Shown: positions 47,766 through 56,982 of the stretch, piece after piece
Numbering within the stretch: position 1 is the stretch's first letter
Layout: the number at the start of each line of letters is the position of its first letter
DNA from: an uncultured Erysipelotrichaceae bacterium
Lineage (GTDB): Bacteria; Bacillota_I; Bacilli_A; RF39; UBA660
Direction: 5' to 3'
Length of the DNA: 64,000 bases
Assembly: GCA_902767245.1 (NCBI GenBank)
Contig: CACXGO010000029.1
Coordinates: forward strand, 31,598-95,597
Program-made: the position numbers and the translations under genes
The notes under the pieces: generated by a model
What the model saw: the letters and a program-made list of their open reading frames with translations, nothing else
The model's database searches: none
What the model was told of the DNA's origin: nothing

Positions 47766-47907
47766 TTTGAACTCCTAGTTTTAAAGTAAAAGGATCTTCA
47801 CATTTTTCATCTTCTAAAGCTGTTACTACGGTTGCTTTTATATAAGGAATATCCTCACTATCAAATAAAGCTAACACCTTGGTAATAGATTCGCTATCTG
47901 TAATCAT
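47746..47907 (-). CDS. Small acidic ORF (53 aa) overlapping the fic start; candidate Fic antitoxin; not in the ORF track; coordinates +/- 1 nt
   Basis: MITDSESITKVLALFDSEDIPYIKATVVTALEDEKCEDPFTLKLGVQNDGQRK. AGGTGA RBS 5 nt upstream; its 3' end overlaps fic by ~20 nt in another frame, the same arrangement as E. coli yhfG-fic. Confidence 0.4.
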   Translation of the reverse strand: MITDSESITKVLALFDSEDIPYIKATVVTALEDEKCEDPFTLKLGVQNDGQRK

Positions 47908-48029
47908 ATTATCACCTTAATAATCGTATCAAATTTTGAAAAATTTTTCTACAATTTTCGACATTTTTCTCTATATTTTATAAAATTTCATTATTTTTAT
48001 AAATAACAATTACCCATAAAAAAAGAAAA

Positions 48030-48683
48030 TTAATTTTCTTTTTTCATTTTATCTAAAACCATTTTAAATGTATATAAAAGTGCAATTGAGAATATTACAC
48101 CACCAATAATATCAGTAAACCAATGAACTCCTGAAATAATTCTTCCTCCTATTATACTAACAATTAAAACAATTGAAAGAATATTTTCATATTTTGCAAT
48201 CTTGAATTTTTTAAATAGTTGATTATTTATAATAATTGAACTTCCACAAAGGCATATTGATAAAATTGTATGTGATGATGGATAAGAAGCCTCTAAAATG
48301 CCATCAATCAAAATTGGACGATAATTAATAATTACTTTTTCAAAAAATACATATAAAATAATTACTACTACATAAAAAACACCTAAAGCAATTATTTCTT
48401 TATCTACTTTTAATAAACTTTTCCTTTTAATAACTTGAATTAAACCAATTAAAGCATAAATAAGTGCCATTAAAATTGCAATATAACCTAAATATTCAGT
48501 TATTTTATAAAATGTCATATTGCTACCAATCAACTTAGATATAAACCCATTTAAACTTGCAAATCCAACTTTAGAATCATTTGGTCCAATTGCTTGAACA
48601 TCAACTATTTTAACTAGTAAAGTATAGATAATAGCTAAAAATAGTAATATTCCACTTACCATAAAATCTTTTTTCTTTTTCAT
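48030..48683 (-). CDS. PAP2-family membrane phosphatase
   Basis: SYPSSHT (PSGH-like) motif; multi-TM. Confidence 0.55.
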   Translation of the reverse strand: MKKKKDFMVSGILLFLAIIYTLLVKIVDVQAIGPNDSKVGFASLNGFISKLIGSNMTFYKITEYLGYIAILMALIYALIGLIQVIKRKSLLKVDKEIIALGVFYVVVIILYVFFEKVIINYRPILIDGILEASYPSSHTILSICLCGSSIIINNQLFKKFKIAKYENILSIVLIVSIIGGRIISGVHWFTDIIGGVIFSIALLYTFKMVLDKMKKEN

Positions 48684-48749
48684 AACGTTAACATCTCCTA
48701 CTATTAAAGTTTATAATTAAAAAAATACTCTGTCAAGTTGTTTTTTAGT

Positions 48750-50213
48750 TCAATGAAGATTTATAGGATTATCAAGATTATCATGTATTTTATATACTAA
48801 ATCATGATCAACTAATACTAATGGATATTTTTTAAACCATTCAGGAACATTTATTATACCTGCATCGTGATAGTCATCCAAAAGCATTGCATTGTCTCCT
48901 GCATCACCATAAATTAAATTATCTTTCGAATAATATCCCAATCTTGCTAGTTCTTTTTTAAACTCAGTTATGACATATCCAGGTATATTTTGAGCTGATC
49001 TTCTTAAAAATTTTTGAACCTCAATTCCACCTGTAACTGCACCACCATATTTTCTTAGTAAAACTTCTTCTAAATTAGGTAAAATTAAATATAAATCAGG
49101 GCATATAACTTTTTCACGTGAATATTTATAGTGCACTAGTTTAAAGGCATATTCTCCAATTTTATAGCAAGAAGCAGTAGTTCCTTCTGCAATAAATCTG
49201 CAAGTTTTATTATGACTTAAATCTAAATACTTTGAAACATATTCTTCTAACAATCTTGTTAAGCCAAATCTATCCAATTTTTCATAATTATCATCAATAT
49301 CGCGAAGTTTTTGAAAATAACTTAATTGCTTTTTATATGCTTGCAATAATTTTAAAGATATCTTATTAGAATAATTTTTATACATTTGCACGCGAGCAGT
49401 TGCAGCTGTTTTAAAATAGGTGTCTGCATCTTTATAAAATTCTTCTATTCCTTCAAGATTTGGTTCATATTTAGATAAACAATCATTTTTAATTTCTTTC
49501 ATTTTTATTAAAAAGTGCCCAAGATTATTATATTTATAGTTTTTTAAAATAAATTCTTTAAACTTTTTATAAAGTTCATAATTATTTGCTTCGAATACAG
49601 TATAAGCAAGTTCAGATATATCTTCCACTCTCATAAAAACTGGTAGAAAAGTCGTTTGTTCATATTTTTTATAAGTAACACTTGTTAAATATTTAGTAAT
49701 ATCATCATAGAAAAATGTTATTTTATCTTTTTTATTTTTAACTAAATATTTCATAAATAAAAATCTTATATGTAAATTAGAATAAATTGAAAGCTTTTTG
49801 AGCAAACTTTTACAAATATCAAAATGATTGAATAAATAGTCAAAAATAAAATTTAAGTCATTTTGATAAGTTAATAAGATTAAATCAAAGTTTTTCTTTA
49901 AATAATCATAACCTAAAGAACAATTATCTAATAAGTTAATTAAATATTCTCGTGGCAAAACTTTTTCACCAAAGCATTTTTTAATTAAATATCTAGAATC
50001 AGCTTTATATTCTTCCATATCATACACAATTTCAAAACAAAAACGGTAAAAATATTTATTAGTTTTTAAAATTGGTAAAAAACCATCAATTATATTTTTC
50101 CTACGCTCTGAATTTCTAACTAACTTAACTAAGTGATTATAATCAAAATTAGTTAAATGATACATAAAATCAACTTTTCCTTGTTCTAAATATTCAAGTG
50201 GATTAAAACACAC
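48750..50213 (-). CDS. Hypothetical protein with C-terminal protein-kinase-like (APH/CotS-like) domain
   Basis: C-terminal ~170 aa: GTTASCYKIGEYAFKL (G-loop plus AxK), YGDAGDNAML (HGDxxxxN-like catalytic loop), LVLVDHDLV (DFG-equivalent). N-terminal 320 aa helical, unknown. Confidence 0.35.
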   Translation of the reverse strand: MCFNPLEYLEQGKVDFMYHLTNFDYNHLVKLVRNSERRKNIIDGFLPILKTNKYFYRFCFEIVYDMEEYKADSRYLIKKCFGEKVLPREYLINLLDNCSLGYDYLKKNFDLILLTYQNDLNFIFDYLFNHFDICKSLLKKLSIYSNLHIRFLFMKYLVKNKKDKITFFYDDITKYLTSVTYKKYEQTTFLPVFMRVEDISELAYTVFEANNYELYKKFKEFILKNYKYNNLGHFLIKMKEIKNDCLSKYEPNLEGIEEFYKDADTYFKTAATARVQMYKNYSNKISLKLLQAYKKQLSYFQKLRDIDDNYEKLDRFGLTRLLEEYVSKYLDLSHNKTCRFIAEGTTASCYKIGEYAFKLVHYKYSREKVICPDLYLILPNLEEVLLRKYGGAVTGGIEVQKFLRRSAQNIPGYVITEFKKELARLGYYSKDNLIYGDAGDNAMLLDDYHDAGIINVPEWFKKYPLVLVDHDLVYKIHDNLDNPINLH

Positions 50214-50297
50214 AATTATCCCTCCTTTTTTAAGCCATATTATAAATTAATAATTAATATTTGTAAACATAAACAAAAAAAATAATGCTTTGTTGCA

Positions 50298-51176
50298 TTA
50301 TTTCTTATTATATTTTACATGATTATCATCTAAAAACTTCATAATTGCTTTTGATGATATAACGACTCCTAAATTTATAAATTGTTTTTCAGAAGCATGT
50401 ACTTCCTTATTATTACGGATTACATTTGTTTCAATATCAAACATCAAATCTAAACTTGTTGTTGCTGATTGAATACCTAAAATATCACCATCAGTATTGA
50501 ATACTGGTCCTCCACTCTGACCTTTTAAACCAGGTGTAGTTGTTTCAAATGCAAATTCGCATCCGTTTTCATCTGAAATTGTTCGTGTTATCATTCCATC
50601 AATTGGAAATGCTGGAGTTTCAAATGAAGCTGAATCCTTGATTTCAATTTCATTTGTTTTAGAATTAAACTGAAAGCAATCATAAACTGGCCATGGAAAA
50701 CCAAGTTTACAAATAGATTCACCAGATTCAATATCTTTATCTGTAAATACTGGGAAATCATCAGTCCCTACACTTTTAAAATTAGTAAATTTTATTAAAG
50801 CAAGATCATAATTATTATGAAATAATATTTTTTCTAAAACTCCATTTTCAAAACAATTCATAAATATGTTTTTTATTTGAACAATTTCATTTTCTTTATA
50901 ACCATATTTTTTTATCAAAGATTTATTTTCTTTTCCTTCTTTTAAAAATGATTTATATTTGTTTTCTAATTCCTGTGCAAGTATTATTTGCTCTGCTACA
51001 TGTTTACAGGTTAAAATATACCCTTCATCATTTAAAATAATAAATGAGCTAATTCCTGAATTAACTTTTTCTTCATGAAAAAGTCTTTCTCCTGTAAATA
51101 GTGGTCTAGTATAATTAAGATTTTTTTTAATTGCTTTTTTAAACATGTCTACCTCCATTAATTTTAAAAGTTTCAT
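50298..51176 (-). CDS. Trypsin-like (S1 family) serine protease, cytoplasmic
   Basis: Catalytic triad candidates in the canonical order: TCKHVAE (His), NYDLALIKF (Asp), GQSGGPVF (Ser). No signal peptide. Confidence 0.55.
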   Translation of the reverse strand: MKLLKLMEVDMFKKAIKKNLNYTRPLFTGERLFHEEKVNSGISSFIILNDEGYILTCKHVAEQIILAQELENKYKSFLKEGKENKSLIKKYGYKENEIVQIKNIFMNCFENGVLEKILFHNNYDLALIKFTNFKSVGTDDFPVFTDKDIESGESICKLGFPWPVYDCFQFNSKTNEIEIKDSASFETPAFPIDGMITRTISDENGCEFAFETTTPGLKGQSGGPVFNTDGDILGIQSATTSLDLMFDIETNVIRNNKEVHASEKQFINLGVVISSKAIMKFLDDNHVKYNKK

Positions 51177-52194
51177 CTAATATAGGATTATTACATTCAT
51201 CTTTTTCTTCTATTTTTAGATATAAATTCATATCATTTTCACTTGGATAACTTGTTATATTGATCCCGCTATGATGATATGCAAGCCTCAATAAAGTTCT
51301 TGTCAATTTTTCAGTTAAATTGCTTTGAATAAGTTCATGATTTGATAGTAAACTCTCTCTTTTTTCTGAATCATAATCATAATATTCGCTTTTTATATCA
51401 AAGGAAATTTCTTTTGAATTCCACCTGATTGGTAAAATTGATGGAACAACAATTTTAGTTATTCCTTTTTCTTTTAAAATTCCTGTTAAAATATTTACTG
51501 CAAGCAAAAATGAATGCGAAATGTCTTTTAAATTACCAATATCATAATTTTCAAAATTATCATTTTTAACGTCAAAATTAGTATCAAGCTTATAGAGATT
51601 TCGTTTTATTTTTTTGGCATCACTTAAGCCTTCATTTTGGATAGCATAGATGTAAGCTTCATTATTTATTATTCCAACATAAATATATGGTAAATCCATA
51701 CTTTCATTTAATGAGGTCAAAGTAATTTTTATTCTATATGGAGTTTCATTTACAATATCACTTTTTTCACATTTTACTATAATATCTAAATTTAAAAGTT
51801 CACTTTTAAATTTTTCAGCTATACTTGGTAACAATTGATCTTCTAAAAAAGCAATTCTTTTCTGTAAAAATTGAATAGGATTTTCAAAATCATCATAAGT
51901 GGCATTAGCAAATAAAAATGATAAAAGTGTTTTTATTTGTGATTCAACTTCTAAATATCCTAAGTCATAAAATGACATTGCTTCAAATATATATCTTGAT
52001 AATAATAGATCAAATGTCTTTTTATCTGATATTTTTAAAGTAGGAATAATTGTATTAATGTATTTTTTGGCCTCAATTTTTCTTTCACCAATTAAAGCAT
52101 TAAATAAAATATTATACCTAAAATCACTTTCAACTTTACCTTTTTGAACTTCTTTTAAAAATTTGTTATAAAAAATATCTAAAACTTTATCCAT
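51139..52194 (-). CDS. Hypothetical protein
   Basis: 351 aa ORF overlapping the protease gene start by 38 nt; no recognisable motif. Confidence 0.3.
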   Translation of the reverse strand: MDKVLDIFYNKFLKEVQKGKVESDFRYNILFNALIGERKIEAKKYINTIIPTLKISDKKTFDLLLSRYIFEAMSFYDLGYLEVESQIKTLLSFLFANATYDDFENPIQFLQKRIAFLEDQLLPSIAEKFKSELLNLDIIVKCEKSDIVNETPYRIKITLTSLNESMDLPYIYVGIINNEAYIYAIQNEGLSDAKKIKRNLYKLDTNFDVKNDNFENYDIGNLKDISHSFLLAVNILTGILKEKGITKIVVPSILPIRWNSKEISFDIKSEYYDYDSEKRESLLSNHELIQSNLTEKLTRTLLRLAYHHSGINITSYPSENDMNLYLKIEEKDECNNPILDETFKINGGRHV

Positions 52195-52201
52195 TATTCA
52201 C

Positions 52202-52783
52202 CTACTTTAAATTAAAATACTTCCTTAATTCAATTATAACGGTTTTATGATAAAAAATAAACAAAATTAAAAGTGCAAATAGACTTACAGATCCAAGGAC
52301 TATAATCGGCCAGTTAATTTTAACAATACCACAAAGTGATAAAATAAAGTAAATAATAGAACAAATAGTAGTTATAAATAATGTAACGACTTTCTTTTTT
52401 TGATAATTAAAACTTAAGAAAAACAAAAGTAACTGAATTAAAACAATACTAAATGCAACTATTCCAATAACAAAGTAAGACCACTTTGTTTTATTAATAA
52501 AATCAATTATATATAAGTAACCACAAATTTGAAACAAAACAACTGTTAATCTTTTAACTAATGAGCTATCAATTAAAGGAAAATTTAAAAAAGCATAATA
52601 GAATATTATTTCACCACCAATAACATAAAGCATCCAATATTTTCCACCTACCGCTAAGTTAACAATAATTACTGTCACCGCTGAAACCAAAAATAATAGC
52701 AACATTATTCTTCTAAAAATTAAATATTTATTTAATTTTTTTTTAATCAATGGATAATCATTTTCTATTTTCATAGTTTTCAC
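52202..52783 (-). CDS. Hypothetical membrane protein (about five TM helices)
   Basis: 193 aa, hydrophobic; overlaps the upstream 491 aa gene by 26 nt. Confidence 0.3.
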   Translation of the reverse strand: MKTMKIENDYPLIKKKLNKYLIFRRIMLLLFLVSAVTVIIVNLAVGGKYWMLYVIGGEIIFYYAFLNFPLIDSSLVKRLTVVLFQICGYLYIIDFINKTKWSYFVIGIVAFSIVLIQLLLFFLSFNYQKKKVVTLFITTICSIIYFILSLCGIVKINWPIIVLGSVSLFALLILFIFYHKTVIIELRKYFNLK

Positions 52784-54233
52784 TCCCGTGTACTTTAACG
52801 ATTAAATTATTTTCTTTAAAAATACTATATAGATTATTCTCAATTGAAGTATTAGTTGTATATTTAGACATTGTCAAAGTTGTAATATTATTAATTGTAA
52901 TAAGTGAAAATAGCATTTTATTACTAATAGTAGTTCCTAAAATAAAATCAGCACTTTTTATATGTTTTAAAACATTTTCAGGTAATTTTACTACCCCTAA
53001 ATTTGATAAAACCGTTGTTTGTGATTTATCTCCAATAAATCCATAAATAAAATTAGCAATAGGTCTTTTAATAAAAAGTGGAATTAATTTTAATGATCTA
53101 ACTAATTTATTGGACTCACGCATAACTTCGTTAAGCTTATTTCTGCTCAATTTTTCTTGACTTTGATACTTTACTTTTTTAATTACATCTTCAAATGAAG
53201 TTACTTCGCTTTTTTTTATGCTAATATTATTATATAAAGAAAAATTCCTTAATGTATTTGATTTATAATATTTTCGCATATTTACTGGGACTTGAATTTT
53301 AATAAATCCTTCTTTACTAGTTGAATATGAAATAACTAAAAAAAGATAGCTTAAAATTAGTTCATTAACTGTTAAATTATATTTATGAGCTAAAGACTTT
53401 AGTTCTTTTGTTTTAAGATCAAAATGAATTATTTGACATGGTCTTATCTTAGAAAGTTTACCATCGATCATCAAAGCTTTTTTATCAAGTAAACTTCCCT
53501 TTTTGCTTTCTATTTTTTTGTCAATAAAATCATCTTTTAGCTCTTCAACTTTGACTTTTTCATTTACATCAAATACAAGATCATTATAGTTTACTTTTTG
53601 ACCGAGTAAATTTAAATATTCTGAAACTAATGTTGAAAGAAACACAATTCCACCATAAGCATCAGCTAATATATGAAATACTTCAACACTTATACGATTT
53701 TTATAATACAAAACTTTAAAAGATGGTTTACCTATCTTTGAAATATTTATATAACTACATGGTACTTTACTATCTTCAACAACTTTAAAATATTTTTTTA
53801 TTTCATCAATATAATGCCAGAAAAAACCTTTTCTAATTGATGTCCTAAAAATGGGAAAACGTTTCATTGTAAATAATAATGCCATTTGTAACACTTCAGG
53901 TATAATATTATCATTTAAGTAATAAGAAATTCTGTAAACACTCATCCAATTTTTTTTCATAGAAAGTGGATATATTTTTGCAGAATTATCAAGTGGATAC
54001 CAATTATGTGGTTTATCTTTATAAATTGTTCCCAAGTTTTCAACTGCCAAAATTTTGATTATTTCGTTAATACTTTTATTTTTATAAAAATATAGAATAG
54101 CTTTTTCATAATCATCAATTAAAAGTTTTGTTTCCTTTTTCGATAAATCTATATTTTTTAATAAATTGTCAAAGAATTCACTCAATATTTTTTGTTCATC
54201 CTGTTTAAATTCGTTTAAAAAAGATTCATTCAT
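52758..54233 (-). CDS. HxxxD-motif acyltransferase-like protein (CAT/condensation-domain superfamily, AATase/WS-DGAT-like)
   Basis: 491 aa with FHILADAYGG (HxxxDxxG) at ~residue 185, as in CAT-fold acyltransferases. Confidence 0.4.
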   Translation of the reverse strand: MNESFLNEFKQDEQKILSEFFDNLLKNIDLSKKETKLLIDDYEKAILYFYKNKSINEIIKILAVENLGTIYKDKPHNWYPLDNSAKIYPLSMKKNWMSVYRISYYLNDNIIPEVLQMALLFTMKRFPIFRTSIRKGFFWHYIDEIKKYFKVVEDSKVPCSYINISKIGKPSFKVLYYKNRISVEVFHILADAYGGIVFLSTLVSEYLNLLGQKVNYNDLVFDVNEKVKVEELKDDFIDKKIESKKGSLLDKKALMIDGKLSKIRPCQIIHFDLKTKELKSLAHKYNLTVNELILSYLFLVISYSTSKEGFIKIQVPVNMRKYYKSNTLRNFSLYNNISIKKSEVTSFEDVIKKVKYQSQEKLSRNKLNEVMRESNKLVRSLKLIPLFIKRPIANFIYGFIGDKSQTTVLSNLGVVKLPENVLKHIKSADFILGTTISNKMLFSLITINNITTLTMSKYTTNTSIENNLYSIFKENNLIVKVHGSENYENRK

Positions 54234-54284
54234 TCTTTCACTCCTATATTAAAAGAGCTCTTTAAGTGAGCTCTTTTAAATGTA

Positions 54285-54758
54285 TTAATAATTAGGATTA
54301 TATTCAAATTTAGTAACATTCATTGCATCAACATCATCATAGATAACTTTAAAATTCCAAGTCTTTTTGGCTCCTAATCTTTGAATATATGTACCCGCTT
54401 CACCTAAAACTTCCCCAGATTCATTATATAAATAGTAGCTAATATCAATTCCATTATAATCTTTATCAGTATTATTTGTTAACTTACCTTCTATATAATA
54501 TGCTTTTTTTTCTTCATTATAATATCCTTTAACATCTTTTTGAACTGTCAATTTTTTCTTATCAATTTGAATTGAACCATCATCCATTACCTTATATTCA
54601 ACATTAAATCTATCTGTAATAAGTGCAATTGTAAATAATCCAATTGGAACTATGTAATATAAGCATCCTAGGACTACCAATGCAATTATCCATTTTGATG
54701 TTTTCTTTTTTGGTTCAAAGTTAGTTTCTTCTTTTACTTCAGTTACTTCTTTACTCAT
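54285..54758 (-). CDS. Membrane-anchored beta-sandwich protein (DUF4352-like)
   Basis: N-terminal TM, then a Tyr/Asn-rich beta domain. Confidence 0.35.
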   Translation of the reverse strand: MSKEVTEVKEETNFEPKKKTSKWIIALVVLGCLYYIVPIGLFTIALITDRFNVEYKVMDDGSIQIDKKKLTVQKDVKGYYNEEKKAYYIEGKLTNNTDKDYNGIDISYYLYNESGEVLGEAGTYIQRLGAKKTWNFKVIYDDVDAMNVTKFEYNPNY

Positions 54759-55010
54759 TTTTTATTCCTCCTATATAAAATTATATCACAATTTAAGAAA
54801 TAGAATAAATTTATTGACACATTATTAAAAAAAAATGATATAATTATTCCCGGAGGGAATTTATGAAAGTTGTTAAAAAAAGATTACCTGAAGGTGTAAA
54901 GAAACAATTTACAACTAAAATTGGTAAAAAAGTTAAAATTGTTAATACTTTATATTTAAAAAAGAAGAAAAAGAAAAAAGAAGATTCTACAAAGTAATCT
55001 CCTTTTTTTA

Positions 55011-56894
55011 TTATTTTGAAATCATTTCAGCAATTAAATTACTTATTTCAGTTGGATTTTCTATTGGTAATCCTTCAATCAATCTGGCTTCTGAATAAAG
55101 AACTTTAGCATATTTTTTTAGTTCATTTTTATCTGTCTCATAAAGAGATTTTAATTTTTTGACAATTTTATGTTTACTATTTATTTCTAAAACTAATGAA
55201 GCATTAATATGTTCATCTGTTGGCATTGCATTTATTACCTTTTGCATTTCAACAGATACTTCCCCTTCAGTTGTTAAACAAACTGGATGACTAGAAAGTT
55301 TATCAGTTAAACGAACATCAACAACTTCACTGCCAAGTGATTTTTTTATGAAGTCTAATATTTCTTTATTATCTTTATTTAGTTTTTCAATTTTCTTCTT
55401 ATCTTCTTCTGAACTAAAATCAGTTTGGGCATCACTTACATTTTTAAACTCTTTGTCCTTATATTTATTTAATATTTGAATTGCAAATTCATCAACATAA
55501 TCAGTTAAATATAAAATGTCATAACCCTTTTTCTTAACTTGCTCAACTTGAGGTAACATATCAATTTTTTGGATAGTTTCACCGGACACATAATAGATTG
55601 CTGTTTGATCTTTATCCATATTTTCAATATATTTATCAAGCGTAATAAATTCTTTGGCATTTGCTGAATAAAATATAAGTAAATCTTCTAATTTTTCTTT
55701 ATTCATTCCATACATATTATAAATTCCATATTTAATTTGATTACCAAATGCTTTAAAGAATTTTTTATAAGTTTCAAAATCATTTTTTTGCATGTCCAAA
55801 AGCTCATTATGAATTTTAGTTTCAAGTGATTTTGCAATTTGTTTAACATTTTTATCATTTTGTAAAGTTTCTCTTGAAATATTAAGACTTAAATCATCTG
55901 AATCAACTACACCTTTAACAAAACTATAGTAATCTGGAAGCAATTCTTCACATTTATCCATAATTAATACTCCGTTTGTATAAAGTTGAAGTCCTTTTTT
56001 ATATTCTTTTGTATAAAAATCATATGGAGCGTGAGATGGAATATATAATAGTGCCTTATAACTTTGAAGCCCTTCAACATTCATATGTATTACTTTCAAT
56101 GGTGCTTCATAATCATAGAATCTTTCACTATAAAAATTATGATATTCATCTTCAGTTATAGTTTTTTTATCTTTCTTCCAAAGTGGAGTCATACTATTTA
56201 AAACTGCAATCTCGTGAACAGTTTCATACTTATCTTCTGTTCCTTCAACTAGTTTGCTATTTTCAACCTCCATTTTAATTGGATACTTGATATAATCGCT
56301 ATATTTTTTAACTAAATTTCTAATTTTATATTCTTCTAGATACTCACTATATTTTTCATCTTCGGTATCATCTTTTAAGTAAAGTTTGATTGTGGTTCCG
56401 ACATTTTCCTTTGCTACTTCTTCAATGGTGTAACCATCAACACCTTCACTTGCCCACATATAAGCATTATCACTATCTGGAGTTCTTGATATTACTTCAA
56501 CTCTTTTCGAAACCATAAAAGCAGAATAAAATCCAACTCCAAATTGACCTATAATTGATACATCTTCTTGATTTTCATTTTCTTCTTTAAATTTTAAAGA
56601 TCCTGATTCAGCTATAACACCTAAGTTATTTTCAAGTTCATCTGCACTCATTCCACAGCCATTATCTTTAATTGTAAGTACTCTATTTTGACTATCTCTT
56701 TCAATAATTATTTCAAGTTTATCCTTATCAATTTTTAAATTTTTATCAGTAAGTGAGCGATAATAAACTTTATCAATAGCATCACTAGCATTACTAATAA
56801 GTTCCCTTAAAAATATCTCTTTATTTGTATAAATTGAATTAATCATTAAATCTAAGATTCTTTTAGATTCTGTTTTAAATGCTTTCTTTTTCAT
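55011..56894 (-). CDS. htpG: Molecular chaperone HtpG (Hsp90)
   Basis: GHKL ATPase N-domain (LRELISNASDA, GQFGVGFYS); 627 aa. Confidence 0.9.
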   Translation of the reverse strand: MKKKAFKTESKRILDLMINSIYTNKEIFLRELISNASDAIDKVYYRSLTDKNLKIDKDKLEIIIERDSQNRVLTIKDNGCGMSADELENNLGVIAESGSLKFKEENENQEDVSIIGQFGVGFYSAFMVSKRVEVISRTPDSDNAYMWASEGVDGYTIEEVAKENVGTTIKLYLKDDTEDEKYSEYLEEYKIRNLVKKYSDYIKYPIKMEVENSKLVEGTEDKYETVHEIAVLNSMTPLWKKDKKTITEDEYHNFYSERFYDYEAPLKVIHMNVEGLQSYKALLYIPSHAPYDFYTKEYKKGLQLYTNGVLIMDKCEELLPDYYSFVKGVVDSDDLSLNISRETLQNDKNVKQIAKSLETKIHNELLDMQKNDFETYKKFFKAFGNQIKYGIYNMYGMNKEKLEDLLIFYSANAKEFITLDKYIENMDKDQTAIYYVSGETIQKIDMLPQVEQVKKKGYDILYLTDYVDEFAIQILNKYKDKEFKNVSDAQTDFSSEEDKKKIEKLNKDNKEILDFIKKSLGSEVVDVRLTDKLSSHPVCLTTEGEVSVEMQKVINAMPTDEHINASLVLEINSKHKIVKKLKSLYETDKNELKKYAKVLYSEARLIEGLPIENPTEISNLIAEMISK

Positions 56895-56933
56895 TTTATT
56901 CCTCTTTTCTACAATTACTATTTTACCACCATA

Positions 56934-56960
56934 TTAGCACTTGTCAACCATAAGTGCTAA
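56934..56960 (-). promoter_or_regulatory. CIRCE operator (HrcA binding site) overlapping the htpG promoter
   Basis: TTAGCACTT-GTCAACCAT-AAGTGCTAA versus the CIRCE consensus TTAGCACTC-N9-GAGTGCTAA. On the htpG strand, TTGACA lies within the element and TAAAAT follows ~16 nt downstream; RBS AAGAGGAA. Confidence 0.7.
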
Positions 56961-56982
56961 TATTTTTCAAATAAAAAAAGCT

